The notes beneath the pieces were generated by a model. The model ran no database searches and was not told the origin of the DNA. It saw only the letters and a list, made by a program, of their open reading frames with translations. From Chlorobiota bacterium (GTDB taxonomy: Bacteria; Bacteroidota; Ignavibacteria; OLB7), in contig JAEUSP010000097.1 in assembly GCA_016788565.1 (NCBI GenBank), forward strand, positions 6,262 through 70,261: a stretch of DNA of 64,000 nt, in the 5' to 3' direction. A program made the translations under genes and the position numbers. Shown here piece by piece: positions 45,845 through 55,701 of this stretch. Position 1 is the first letter of the stretch, and each line of letters begins with the position of its first letter.

Positions 45845-46669
45845 ATGGCTATTTCAGCACAGGATGTAAAGACGCTCCGCGACCGTACCGGAGCCGGAAT
45901 GGGCGACTGCAAAAAAGCCCTTGAAGAGACCGCAGGCGACATGGATGCTGCTATTGAAATCCTTCGGAAGAAGGGGGCAGCAACCGCCAGCAAGCGTGCC
46001 GATAAAGATGCCAACGAAGGCGTGGTTGCCACCGCTACCTCCGATGATCGCTCCAGCGCGGCTATCGTTGAGGTGAACTGCGAAACCGACTTTGTTGCCC
46101 GTAACGAGGAGTTCAGCTCCTTCGCCCGCTCGCTTGCCGGCCATGTGTTGGCCACCAAACCAGCAAGCATCGAAGCACTGTTGGCCAGCGACTTGAACGG
46201 CGTGGCAGTGCAAACGCAGCTGAACGACCTGCTGGCCAAATTCAACGAGCGGATTGAAATCCGCCGCTACGAAGTTGTGGAAACAAGCGGCGGCTACGTT
46301 GCCGATTATGTCCACAATGGCGACAAGTTGGGCGTGTTGGTGGAGTTCGGCGCGGCCAATGAAGGATTGAATGACGTGGGGCGTGATGTTGCCATGCAGG
46401 TGGCGGCCATGAACCCGGGCTACGTCCGCCGCGAGGAAGTGCCAGCCGACGTGCTGACCAAAGAGCGCGAAATCTACGCCGAGCAGATGCGGAACGAAGG
46501 GAAGCCGGAAGCGATTATCGAGAAAATCGTGACGGGCCGATTGGAGAAATACTACGCCGACAACGTGTTGCTGGAACAATCCTTCGTGAAAGATTCGGCG
46601 AAGGCAATCAACGAGGTGATCGGCGGGGCCAGCATCGTCCGGTTTATCCGCTTCAATTTGGGGCAGTAA
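45845..46669 (+). CDS. tsf: Elongation factor Ts
   Basis: MAISAQDVKTLRDRTGAGMGDCKKAL UBA-like N-terminus. The listed ORF start 45632 overlaps rpsB and is rejected. Confidence 0.95.
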   Translation: MAISAQDVKTLRDRTGAGMGDCKKALEETAGDMDAAIEILRKKGAATASKRADKDANEGVVATATSDDRSSAAIVEVNCETDFVARNEEFSSFARSLAGHVLATKPASIEALLASDLNGVAVQTQLNDLLAKFNERIEIRRYEVVETSGGYVADYVHNGDKLGVLVEFGAANEGLNDVGRDVAMQVAAMNPGYVRREEVPADVLTKEREIYAEQMRNEGKPEAIIEKIVTGRLEKYYADNVLLEQSFVKDSAKAINEVIGGASIVRFIRFNLGQ

Positions 46670-46748
46670 TCCGCCCCCGGTTGGTGGTGGTTTGTTTTAG
46701 AATCGCCGGCACAACCAAAACATGCGCTCCGCAAAAAATGGAGTTACA

Positions 46749-46786
46749 CAAACAAGCCGCAAGCAGTACTGCTTGCGGCTTGTTTG
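46749..46786. terminator. Perfect 18-bp palindromic hairpin between convergent tsf and comEC
   Basis: CAAACAAGCCGCAAGCAG-TA-CTGCTTGCGGCTTGTTTG. An A-run lies on the plus-strand 5' side, which gives a U-run for the minus-strand transcript. Confidence 0.55.
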
Positions 46787-46841
46787 CTGAAAAATCTGCC
46801 CAACACTGTTGGAAGTATTTCACACGCCAAAGACTCACCCG

Positions 46842-48863
46842 CTAAAAAATTCCCACCTCTCTCCATCGCTCGCCATCGTACCGGACGACGATGGTGGAAT
46901 CCAACTTCATCTCCATTGGAATCTGCAGATACTCGGCCCGAAATGCGCGGACGATTCCCGGCGTTCGCCGCGCTGTTGGGCTGATGATGATGGGCAGCTC
47001 GGCCAGTGCAAACTCCGGCCCCCGTTGATTGATGCAAAGCATCGTGCGGCCTATGCTGGTCAGCCCGGAATCCCCCACAAACCCGACCACTGTTGCCCCG
47101 CCGGTTCGCCGCCGCAGCCCTTCGCCGGTGTAGCGGAACAGCGATGAGTCGGCAGCATCCGGCCCGAAGCCATAGACCCTGACGGTGTCGCCAACGGCGG
47201 TTGCCACCGCAACGCCACCCCGTGCCGGAACAATGAATGCCAACCGATCTTCTTGCAGCGGATCGAGTAACCGCTCGGCCATCACCACACACCAAGCCCC
47301 CGCCACCAGCACAAAAGCCCGCAACAGATACTGGCGCAAGCTGCGGCCAAACGCAAGGAAGATGGCCATCACCGCCAGAATCATCATTCCCAAAAATCCG
47401 ATTGGAGGGAACTCAATCCCCGCAATGCCCGGCGAAGCAAGCAACCGAACAATCCAGGTAGCAACGGAGGTTACCAGAAATGCCGCCGCGCCATAAAAGT
47501 CGGCAACGAAGCCAAGCCCCACCAGTTGGAAGAGTGTTCCGATAAGCCCCACCGCCATTCCGATACTGGTCAGTGGAACCACCACCACGTTGGCAAGCAA
47601 TCCCACCAGCGAAACGTAGCCAAAGTGATACAGGACAATCGGAAGGGTGAAGGCTTGTGCAGCAAAGGAGACAATCAGCGTTGTGGCAACGGCGCGGACA
47701 AAACGGTTGGAGGCTATCCAGTTATACCGTTGCATCAGCCGCTCGTGAAGCGGAACGTAGAGCATCAAAATTCCGGCAACCGAGGCCACCGAAAGCTGGA
47801 AGCCGATATCGAACAGATAGTTGGGGGAGAGCAGCAGGATCATCAGCGAAGCAAGACCCAGCGTGTTCAGCGGCCGCGACACACGCCCAAGCAGGCGGGC
47901 GGCCATGAACGCCACAGCCATCAGCGCGGCCCGCAGGATGGAGGGCGCGCCGCCGGTCAGCATGGTGTAGTAGCCGATGAACAGCACGTAGGCAACCACC
48001 TGCCACCCCCGGTGCGGAATCCACGAGACCAGCACAAACAGCCCCAACGCAATCACCGCAACGTGAAGCCCACTGACGGCAAGCACGTGTGTGGTTCCGG
48101 TTTGCATGAACGCTTGGCGGGTGGGGGCATCAACAAACTCACGCTCGCCAATCAGCAAGGCACGGATGATATCCCCTTCTTCGCCACCAACGTGCATCGC
48201 CGCAAAATCGCGTGCGGCCTGGCGGGCGGGGACCACTGCGTAGCGTTCAATCCAGCCGATGTCATCGTTGTGAAATATCCAGAGTGAGGTTGCGCGGCTG
48301 GGGGTGAAGGTGAGCGCAATCCCCCGCGAGCTGAGGTAGCCCGCGTAATCGAATCCGCCGGGAATAGATGAGTGGGTGGGCGCAGAAGCAGTGCCGGTGA
48401 CGGAGATATGATCCCCCAATTTCGGCAGCCGAGAAAGGCCGGCAATGGTGGTGTCGTACAGCCGAACCAGCACGTTGCAGCCGGGGAGAACCGTGGCGTT
48501 GTGGAACAGAAGCGAATCGCACGCCACAACAAACTCAACACGGTTTTGGCGGATTACCGCCTCCTGCGTGACTCGCCCAATCAGCTCGGTTCTTCCAAGT
48601 TTCATCCCTGCTGGGAACTCTACTTGCTGCCGTTGCTGCAAGGCCATCAGCAACATCCCCGAAAAAAACATCAGCCCCAGCGCGGCAATCCCCGCAACGT
48701 CTGGCTTCCGCCGCAGAAGCAACGCCAACAACAATGCCGTGACGGCAAGCACACTGAAGTTGAGCCAAAGGGGAGGTGTAGCAAGGTGGGCAACAGCGAT
48801 TCCGGCAGCAAGGGGTAGTGCCAGCTTCAGTGCGGGGAAGTATTTCCAGCCACGGTCGCGCAT
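46842..48863 (-). CDS. comEC: ComEC/Rec2-family DNA internalisation channel protein
   Basis: Multi-TM protein with FMQTGTTHVLAVSGLHV in the competence domain. No HxHxDH metallo-beta-lactamase motif is seen in the C-terminal part. The start at Met 48863 was chosen. Confidence 0.85.
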   Translation of the reverse strand: MRDRGWKYFPALKLALPLAAGIAVAHLATPPLWLNFSVLAVTALLLALLLRRKPDVAGIAALGLMFFSGMLLMALQQRQQVEFPAGMKLGRTELIGRVTQEAVIRQNRVEFVVACDSLLFHNATVLPGCNVLVRLYDTTIAGLSRLPKLGDHISVTGTASAPTHSSIPGGFDYAGYLSSRGIALTFTPSRATSLWIFHNDDIGWIERYAVVPARQAARDFAAMHVGGEEGDIIRALLIGEREFVDAPTRQAFMQTGTTHVLAVSGLHVAVIALGLFVLVSWIPHRGWQVVAYVLFIGYYTMLTGGAPSILRAALMAVAFMAARLLGRVSRPLNTLGLASLMILLLSPNYLFDIGFQLSVASVAGILMLYVPLHERLMQRYNWIASNRFVRAVATTLIVSFAAQAFTLPIVLYHFGYVSLVGLLANVVVVPLTSIGMAVGLIGTLFQLVGLGFVADFYGAAAFLVTSVATWIVRLLASPGIAGIEFPPIGFLGMMILAVMAIFLAFGRSLRQYLLRAFVLVAGAWCVVMAERLLDPLQEDRLAFIVPARGGVAVATAVGDTVRVYGFGPDAADSSLFRYTGEGLRRRTGGATVVGFVGDSGLTSIGRTMLCINQRGPEFALAELPIIISPTARRTPGIVRAFRAEYLQIPMEMKLDSTIVVRYDGERWREVGIF

Positions 48864-48952
48864 GATTGAAAAAAGGGAGGAAAAGAAAAATGTGCCGCGA
48901 AAGTAGAAAAAAGTAGGGGAGAATGCCACAGGTTTCCCTGATTCAGCGGGCA

Positions 48953-49001
48953 CAAAAAAAAACAGCCTACCGCGCAACGGTAAGCTGTTTGGATTTTTTT
49001 T
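48953..49001 (-). terminator. Intrinsic terminator (A-run, hairpin, T-run; bidirectional look) downstream of the 49019..49564 gene
   Basis: The sequence is AAAAAAAAAA-CAGCCTACCG-CGCAA-CGGTAAGCTG-TTTGGATTTTTTTT. Confidence 0.65.
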
Positions 49002-49018
49002 GGCAGGGTCGGGGATGT

Positions 49019-49564
49019 TTAGGAAGCAACCCCAACTTTTTGCGCTTGCTGTTTTGCAACATCGCCGAACTTCACTACTGTTTTGGCCATTTGTTCGGCA
49101 CTATTCATTTGTGGGTTCAGGCGGTGCATCATCACCAGGTTGCCGCCATCCATCCGCATGGTTCCAACGGGTGAGCTGGTGTTGAATTCGGAAATCTGGC
49201 TTTCCACTTTCTGCTTTGCGTCGGCTGGCATTGCATCTAGGTTTGTCACCACGCCGCTGATGTCAACTTCTTGGTCGCTCACGTGGCTGATAAATGCCAC
49301 TTCCTTCCCCGATCCAGCATCAACCAGCGCGATTTTATCGCCACGCATTTCCGCTTTCCAGGCTCCGGATGCGTTGCACTCATTTTGCAAACTGGTGTAC
49401 AGTGTCTGCATGGCTGCCTTTGCATCTTTCACGTTGCCGGAAAGGTTGTTGCCAGCGGCAGGGGTTGTGCTGTTGCCAAACATCCCCGAGTTGTACAAAC
49501 CGAACCCAACGGCAGCGATAACTAGCACCGCACCCAGGATGGTTAAAAGCGTTTTCTTGTTCAT
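49019..49564 (-). CDS. Hypothetical membrane-anchored protein (possibly YbjN-like fold)
   Basis: N-terminal TM/signal anchor MNKKTLLTILGAVLVIAAVGFGLY. The domain guess is weak. Confidence 0.5.
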   Translation of the reverse strand: MNKKTLLTILGAVLVIAAVGFGLYNSGMFGNSTTPAAGNNLSGNVKDAKAAMQTLYTSLQNECNASGAWKAEMRGDKIALVDAGSGKEVAFISHVSDQEVDISGVVTNLDAMPADAKQKVESQISEFNTSSPVGTMRMDGGNLVMMHRLNPQMNSAEQMAKTVVKFGDVAKQQAQKVGVAS

Positions 49565-49822
49565 CGTCGTTCCCTTTTTGTGTTGTTGTTGTGTTGTTGT
49601 TGTTGATATCGGCTCAACGGTTCCTCATCGTTGTTCTGTTGCCGCAGTGTTGTTTGTGGTTGCTACTGCGGCCTTGTTCATCACCCGATCTGAGGGGGCT
49701 GTGGCCTTTTGAATGTTGCTGTTTCGATTAGTGTGGCTGCAAAGTTAGGGGGAAAGTCGTTGCAATGTTCATCTTCCGATCCCTTGTGCAACAAAAACTT
49801 TGCTCTGCTTCTGGCCGCTTGG

Positions 49823-50401
49823 TTATTCTTTTGCTGCCAGGTAGGCCATGACGATGCAGAGTGGCAGAAACAGCACGTGCTTCACTCCCAGCCCTGCACC
49901 ACTCTGAACGGCTATCCCGCACACCACCGTAAACTTTACAAGGATGCCAGTGAGCTTGTGGCTGAACCGCCGACCCATTGCCGTAGCAAACCACTGGCGA
50001 ACGGGGCGAATCGGGATGCGAAGCCCAAGTGCTGAGATGATGCTGGGGCGTTCCAATCTGGCCTTCCGTTTCAACTCCTGTTCTTGTGGGGAAACCGCAC
50101 TGCGCTGCCGCCATTGTGCAAGCAGTACCACCAGAAGCATTGCAACCGCCAACCCAATCCCCAAATACGTTGCTGCGGGAATTGCAACCCCAAGTATCCA
50201 AAGCTGCACGCCAATCACACATATTCTGCCAACCATGTTGCCAGCCAACTGTGCTGGATGGGCACTGACAACTGCATCATCAATTTTTGCCGAAACCCAT
50301 CCGTACAGTGCTGCTGGCGATAGGGCTGCTGGGTTGATTGCTACGTTCATCATGGCTTGGTTCTCCGGTTGCAGTTGGCTTGCTGATTTTTTCTGATGCA
50401 A
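49823..50401 (-). CDS. Hypothetical integral membrane protein
   Basis: Three or four hydrophobic segments. The start is uncertain and I recognised no family. Confidence 0.45.
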   Translation of the reverse strand: MHQKKSASQLQPENQAMMNVAINPAALSPAALYGWVSAKIDDAVVSAHPAQLAGNMVGRICVIGVQLWILGVAIPAATYLGIGLAVAMLLVVLLAQWRQRSAVSPQEQELKRKARLERPSIISALGLRIPIRPVRQWFATAMGRRFSHKLTGILVKFTVVCGIAVQSGAGLGVKHVLFLPLCIVMAYLAAKE

Positions 50402-50648
50402 CCATACGGAGCCTTTCTACCGAAACCACTACGGATAAACTACGGAGAGCCTACGTACCGCAATCTGGTGGAGTGGAAGGCTGGATGCGGGCTTCTGCAG
50501 ATAAAAAAAAGCCCGGTAACTTCCGCCGTGGTGCTTGGTTACTTTGCCGGGGGCGCGAATCTTTTGTTGTGGCATGCCGTTCGGGCGCGTCATCCTTTCC
50601 GTCGTTGCTCCCAGCTATTTCTGCTCAAACTTCCCATTCTGTTCTTCA

Positions 50649-53600
50649 ATGGATGCACTCACCAGTTTCCTACATCACGGCACACTTCCCTTTACTGGGC
50701 GGGGCGACCAGATTGAGCAATTGCTTGCTTTTTGGCGTTCGGCTCCCGATGCCTACTCCATGCAGATTGCATTGGTGTTTGGCGAAGCAGGGGTGGGAAA
50801 AAGCCGATTAATAGATGAGCTTGGCCCGCAAGTAACCCACAACGAAGGCTTGCTGATCCGGCTGAAGTTGATCCCCGGCGCAACCATCTCCTTTGCCAGC
50901 CTGATTGCCCGCGCAATCCGCTGGAACGCCACCGCGCGCGGGCTGCTGAAAGAACCGATTATTGAATCACAAGCCGAATCGGTGGCGGCGTTGCACCGGC
51001 TTGCACGGCTGCGCCACACCTTGCTGGTGATTGAGGATATCCACCTTCTCCCGCGTGAGTCCATCGAAGATTTGCGGCAACTGCTGGATGGATTGTCGGG
51101 TGAGTTCATCAAGGTGATCCTTCTTGCCCGCCCCGTTGCCTTCGAATCGCGTGGGTTGCTGGAACCCTACCTAACCCAGGAACTTCACCTGCGTGGAATG
51201 AACCTTCAGGAGTTGGCGGCGTTGTGGGAGCGGCTCTTCCTTTCCAAAGCCGACCCGGCGGTGATTGAAACGCTGGCCAACGTCACGCTCGGAAATCCAT
51301 TGGCCGTGCGCTCGGCATTGCGTGGGGCGTTGCAGTCGCGGTTGTTGTTGCTGGATTCGGCGGGGGCCCGTTGGGGGCCGGCGGTTACTACCGAGCTGTT
51401 CCGAGAGTATCTGCAGCGGTACGTTGGGACTTTGTCGGAAGGGATGGGGGCGCATCTTGAATCGGGTGAGCTTCGCGCCGCCGAGCAGTTGGCAACCCTG
51501 GGGGAAGTGTTTGCCCGCGAGACCGCAACGGCAATGCTTCCAAGCCTTCCAACACTGCTATCAATTCTTCTGCACAAAGGCATTTTGGTTGTCACCTCGG
51601 CTCCATCGCCACTGCCGCACACGGGCGATGGAACCGCTTTCTACACGTTCACTCACACACTGCTTCATCGCCATTTGGTGGCAACCGCTGTGGCCAATCG
51701 CAGCATAAACGGGGCTGGGCTGATTGCGGTTGTGGCCGGGCGGCTTCCGCTGTACTCCATCCTCCCGTTGGAATTACTCACCCAGCATGGGCTTGGCGAT
51801 GCCCCACTTGCAACGGTGCAAGATGCCTTGAAGGTGCTCACCGATATGATCATCCCCCTGGCCGAAGGGACCGACTGGCGGTTTGCAACCCCAGCCTTGC
51901 AAGCCGCAAAAAGTTTGTTTGCCGCGTGCCAGCCCCAGCTTCACCAAACCGAGCAGCGGCAGCAGCAATTGCTGTTGAAAGGAATTGAGCTTTCGGTTCA
52001 CTATGCCGCCAGCAACTACAAAGCCGTTCGCCAGGAGGTGGGGGAGTATCTGCAGCTTACCGAGCCGATGGAGTCGCTGGATGTTGTCTTGCGCCGCTAC
52101 CACGCGCTTTCGCTGTTGATGACGGTTGAGATTTACCAAACCAGCCAGTTCCCAGAAGAAATTTGGGCCGAACTTCAGGCACTGCTGCAGCGGTTCCCGG
52201 AAATTGAACTCACCGAGGAGTACGTCCAAAACCTTACCAGCATTATCGGTGTGGTGATGTTGGTTCTGAACGACTACACGTTGCTGCGCCAGTTGGAACC
52301 CCGGTTGGAGGCGTTGCGGCAATCCGAACAGACACCGCCGCCGGTGCGCCGCCGCCTGCTGGTCGGTATCGCCCCGTACCTTCTGACGCTGTACGACACC
52401 GACGAACAACTTCAGCAGCGGATGGCCCTGGCGAAAGAGTTGGAAGCGATTGCCGATGAAAATTGGTTGGCGATTGTCAGCGGTCTTGTCCGCCTGTACG
52501 ATGCCGCAGGCTTCTACCACCAGATGAACGCCGAGATTGAGAAACGGCTTCCCTACGCCCGGCGGTTGGGCCATGTGAAATCGGAGCTCAGTTGGCGGTT
52601 CCGCAGCCTGATCGCCAAAGCCGCATTTGGCACCCAGCCCCAACAGATTATTGAGCAAGTTGGCGAGATGTTTACCGACCACTTTGGCGTGATGCCGGCC
52701 AGTGTCCGCTACCAGTTGGGGGATCGCCTTTGCTTCATTGCCTTGATGCTGGACCAGCCCGATCTGGCCAAGCAGGTCTTCCACCAGTACAACCACGGCG
52801 CGCCGGAACCGTTAGAAATGGGGGTGCTTCTGGGGCTGCACAGCGGAACCCTTGACCAACTTCCTGAACATCTTCCGGTGCGGGCATTTCGGGAGTTCGA
52901 GCTGTTCGTGAACGCTGCGTTGCTTCGCCAACCACTATCCGAACCGCAGATGTTGCGGGTGATTCAGGAGGTGCTATCCCCCGCATTTCTTCACGCTGGC
53001 GAACTACTGATTGTTCATGCAGCATTCCAACTGATCCAAACCCGCATCATGCCACGATTGCAGGACAGGGGAATTATTGGCCAGATTGAGGAGGCAATGC
53101 GGCAAACGATGGTTGGAGTGATGTGGTGGATGCACCAGCGGGGAATGTTCGCTTTTATGAAACCGATGGTGGCGCGCTACCCACACTTGCTCACCGAACA
53201 ATCCACCACAACCTGGGGGCAGCGAATCCAGGCGTTGGAAGAAAGTTATCAATCGGAGCATGGCAGGCCGGATCAGCAGATCATCCAGATCACGATGGTG
53301 GGGGATATTTCCGTGCAGGAACCGAACCGCGCCGCGCAAGCCGTTCGCGGCGCGCGCAACCGCACGCTGCTTGCCTTGATGGTGGCCAACCAGATGCTCC
53401 GCCGCCCCCTCACCAACGCAGAGTTCTGCCAGATAGCAACCGGTGTCGAGCAAGATGATGAGTACGCCCAACGCCTAACCCGCATGGCAATTTCGCGGCT
53501 TCGCGGGTTGATTGGGCGCAACACCATTCTCACCAAATCGGGAACGCCACGGCTGAACCCTGCCCTCGTTCGGGTGGACTTGCTGGAAGCACAGCAGCAC

Positions 53601-53960
53601 ATCAATAATGCCCTGGCAGCCGCAGGTGAAATGGCGTTGTTTCGCGCTTGGTCCTTGATGATTGCCGCGCTGGACATTGTTCGGGGCGAAGTCCCGTTCC
53701 CGACACAGTACGAACGGTTTTTCGAGGCGGCCCGTGATGATTTCGAGCACCGACTCCGTTCGGCTGTTCTTCATGTTGTTCGGCTTCTGTTGGAAGAAGA
53801 TGACCTTCAGTACGCCGAAGAACTGCTACGCCGCACAATCCAGAATATGCCCGGCGACCCAGAGCTATCGGACCTTCTATCAACCGTTCTGCTGAAACAA
53901 CACCAGCGTGCCGAAGCGGAGCGGTTGCGGCTAACAGCAGTGCGGTTGGCTGTGAGCTAA
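50649..53960 (+). CDS. STAND/AAA ATPase-TPR regulator with a C-terminal SARP-type winged-helix plus BTAD module
   Basis: Walker A LVFGEAGVGKSRLIDEL, Walker B HTLLVIEDIHLL, and ~650 aa of helical repeats. The C-terminus GARNRTLLALMVANQMLRRPLTNAEF...ISRLRGLIG...VRVDLLEAQQHI is followed by a BTAD-like helical region. ATG 50649 was chosen. Confidence 0.8.
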   Translation: MDALTSFLHHGTLPFTGRGDQIEQLLAFWRSAPDAYSMQIALVFGEAGVGKSRLIDELGPQVTHNEGLLIRLKLIPGATISFASLIARAIRWNATARGLLKEPIIESQAESVAALHRLARLRHTLLVIEDIHLLPRESIEDLRQLLDGLSGEFIKVILLARPVAFESRGLLEPYLTQELHLRGMNLQELAALWERLFLSKADPAVIETLANVTLGNPLAVRSALRGALQSRLLLLDSAGARWGPAVTTELFREYLQRYVGTLSEGMGAHLESGELRAAEQLATLGEVFARETATAMLPSLPTLLSILLHKGILVVTSAPSPLPHTGDGTAFYTFTHTLLHRHLVATAVANRSINGAGLIAVVAGRLPLYSILPLELLTQHGLGDAPLATVQDALKVLTDMIIPLAEGTDWRFATPALQAAKSLFAACQPQLHQTEQRQQQLLLKGIELSVHYAASNYKAVRQEVGEYLQLTEPMESLDVVLRRYHALSLLMTVEIYQTSQFPEEIWAELQALLQRFPEIELTEEYVQNLTSIIGVVMLVLNDYTLLRQLEPRLEALRQSEQTPPPVRRRLLVGIAPYLLTLYDTDEQLQQRMALAKELEAIADENWLAIVSGLVRLYDAAGFYHQMNAEIEKRLPYARRLGHVKSELSWRFRSLIAKAAFGTQPQQIIEQVGEMFTDHFGVMPASVRYQLGDRLCFIALMLDQPDLAKQVFHQYNHGAPEPLEMGVLLGLHSGTLDQLPEHLPVRAFREFELFVNAALLRQPLSEPQMLRVIQEVLSPAFLHAGELLIVHAAFQLIQTRIMPRLQDRGIIGQIEEAMRQTMVGVMWWMHQRGMFAFMKPMVARYPHLLTEQSTTTWGQRIQALEESYQSEHGRPDQQIIQITMVGDISVQEPNRAAQAVRGARNRTLLALMVANQMLRRPLTNAEFCQIATGVEQDDEYAQRLTRMAISRLRGLIGRNTILTKSGTPRLNPALVRVDLLEAQQHINNALAAAGEMALFRAWSLMIAALDIVRGEVPFPTQYERFFEAARDDFEHRLRSAVLHVVRLLLEEDDLQYAEELLRRTIQNMPGDPELSDLLSTVLLKQHQRAEAERLRLTAVRLAVS

Positions 53961-53981
53961 GATGAGATAGCTGCGGTGGGA

Positions 53982-54848
53982 TTACGGTGAGATAGTCAGA
54001 AGGTAGTTGCGTCGCAGATACGCCAGCCGAAATCCAGCACGCACCATGTTGTGAAAGGAAGAGTTCGGTTGTTCGGGTTGGTGCTGGCGAGTTTCGGCAA
54101 TAAGATGGCCGCAGCCCAAGCCAGCCGCATCGTTGATACGTCGAGCAAGTAATGCCAACTGCCCCCCACGCCGCCGATACGCGGGGCGGGTGGAAGCAAT
54201 CCCAAGCCATGCAATCCCATCACGCACAAACATTGCGGCTGTGCCTACTGGCGTTGTGCCGTCGAACGCTAGATAGTGAAACCATCCGGTGCGCCCCACA
54301 GCCGCGCCGAACCCTTCGGCCATAATTGCTGGCATCCCAAAACCTTCGCAAGCAACCTTGCCAAACAGCTCGGCCTGCTGCGGCTGAATCTGCTGAACGT
54401 GTAGGCTGCCGCTTGCCGCAATTCTTGGTGTGGACGCACGCTGCATCTTGGCCCATGCATCAATCAAGGCTATCCCTTCTCGCCCAAGAATGTTCGGCAA
54501 TCCCATCTGGTCGGCTATCGGGTTGCTGTGGATCAGGCATTGTTGCACCCCATGCTGGCGATAGCAGCTGATGATATCTTTCACCAAATGCTCAGTTACC
54601 GGTTCGGTAACTCCCAACCCAATCACTCTGTTGAACAAAAGCAACGGTGTGCCGGGGGCAATCAACACAACGCTTCCACCAATCCGCTCAACATGAATCC
54701 CCAACCTAGCACGGTAATCCCCCTGGGACGACCGTTGAAGGTCGCCCCAGGCCTCGGCCTCACCCATCTCAATCGCCTGAATTTCCTTGTTGGAAGCACC
54801 AGTACTGGAAACCCCAGTTGGAATAGTATCCGCAGCCATTTCTATCAT
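53982..54848 (-). CDS. GNAT-family N-acetyltransferase (two-lobed)
   Basis: YLAFDGTTPVGTAAMFVRDGIAWLGIASTRPAYRRRGGQLALLARRINDAAGLGC is an acetyl-CoA binding (R/Q-x-x-G-x-G/A) context. Confidence 0.75.
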   Translation of the reverse strand: MIEMAADTIPTGVSSTGASNKEIQAIEMGEAEAWGDLQRSSQGDYRARLGIHVERIGGSVVLIAPGTPLLLFNRVIGLGVTEPVTEHLVKDIISCYRQHGVQQCLIHSNPIADQMGLPNILGREGIALIDAWAKMQRASTPRIAASGSLHVQQIQPQQAELFGKVACEGFGMPAIMAEGFGAAVGRTGWFHYLAFDGTTPVGTAAMFVRDGIAWLGIASTRPAYRRRGGQLALLARRINDAAGLGCGHLIAETRQHQPEQPNSSFHNMVRAGFRLAYLRRNYLLTISP

Positions 54849-54914
54849 ACAAGCAGTGTGTTCATCTGGTGGCTTGTGGAAAGAAAAAAAGGGGGGGGAC
54901 GAGAGAGGAACTCA

Positions 54915-55475
54915 TCATTTTTTCTTGAATACGGCCTTGAAGACCGCAGCCGTGGCTCCGCCAATCATAACCGTACTGCTGATTGATAGCTCACGCGGTG
55001 TGGTGAATTCCGCCACAATTTCTTCCATCATCGGTGCGCCACCATCGGCCACCCCTTCGTAGCGGAATTCCATCCGTTTGTCGTTGATCCATTTCCCGCT
55101 GTGGTCGTGGGTTTCGCCAAAGCTGGTGATACTGAACATATGGAGTGCGTCGCGTCCGGCATCATAGCCGAACATATCGGTTTCGTTGTAGGTGCCCATG
55201 CCGGGGATTGTCCCACGAACCGTTGACATCAGCCCCCACCCGCCGGAGATTGGCTTGTTGCTCATCGTTAGCGGAAAACGGAGCGTTTGCTCCCCCGTTG
55301 TTAGCGTTGCGTTGCCGGCCCATTCCCCGGCTCCAAGCGCGATAATCCGTTTGATTTGATCCGAGACTTTTGGCGGACCTTCCTGTGCGTTGGTGGGAAT
55401 GGAGGTTGCCAGTTGCAGAAGAATTGCCGCAGCGATAACAGCCGTGCTGCGCAAGATTGGTGTTGTTGCCGACAT
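54915..55475 (-). CDS. Secreted hypothetical protein (DUF1579-like guess)
   Basis: The start at Met 55475 gives the signal peptide MSATTPILRSTAVIAAAILLQLATSIPTNAQ. The domain guess is weak. Confidence 0.5.
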   Translation of the reverse strand: MSATTPILRSTAVIAAAILLQLATSIPTNAQEGPPKVSDQIKRIIALGAGEWAGNATLTTGEQTLRFPLTMSNKPISGGWGLMSTVRGTIPGMGTYNETDMFGYDAGRDALHMFSITSFGETHDHSGKWINDKRMEFRYEGVADGGAPMMEEIVAEFTTPRELSISSTVMIGGATAAVFKAVFKKK

Positions 55476-55701
55476 TGTGATCCCTTTCCTTGATTGTTGT
55501 TGTTGCGTCCCTGATGACCCCGGCGATGTTGCCGAAATCATGGGTGCAAAACTATCCTCCACACGCTGCGACGGCATCCGTGCCAGCACGTAAATTCAGC
55601 CAATGGGAACACGTAATTTCACCGAGCAGGGGGGGGAAGAAGCGAAGTTTATCGGTGGCTGGCGAATTGTGGTGGCGGGCAGTAAGGCAACAGAACCTCT
55701 A

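Noticed and set aside
51774-52796. 340-aa ORF antisense to the STAND regulator gene
   Set aside because: It is the same kind of GC-rich antisense artefact. The sense strand carries Walker motifs and a continuous 1100-aa frame.
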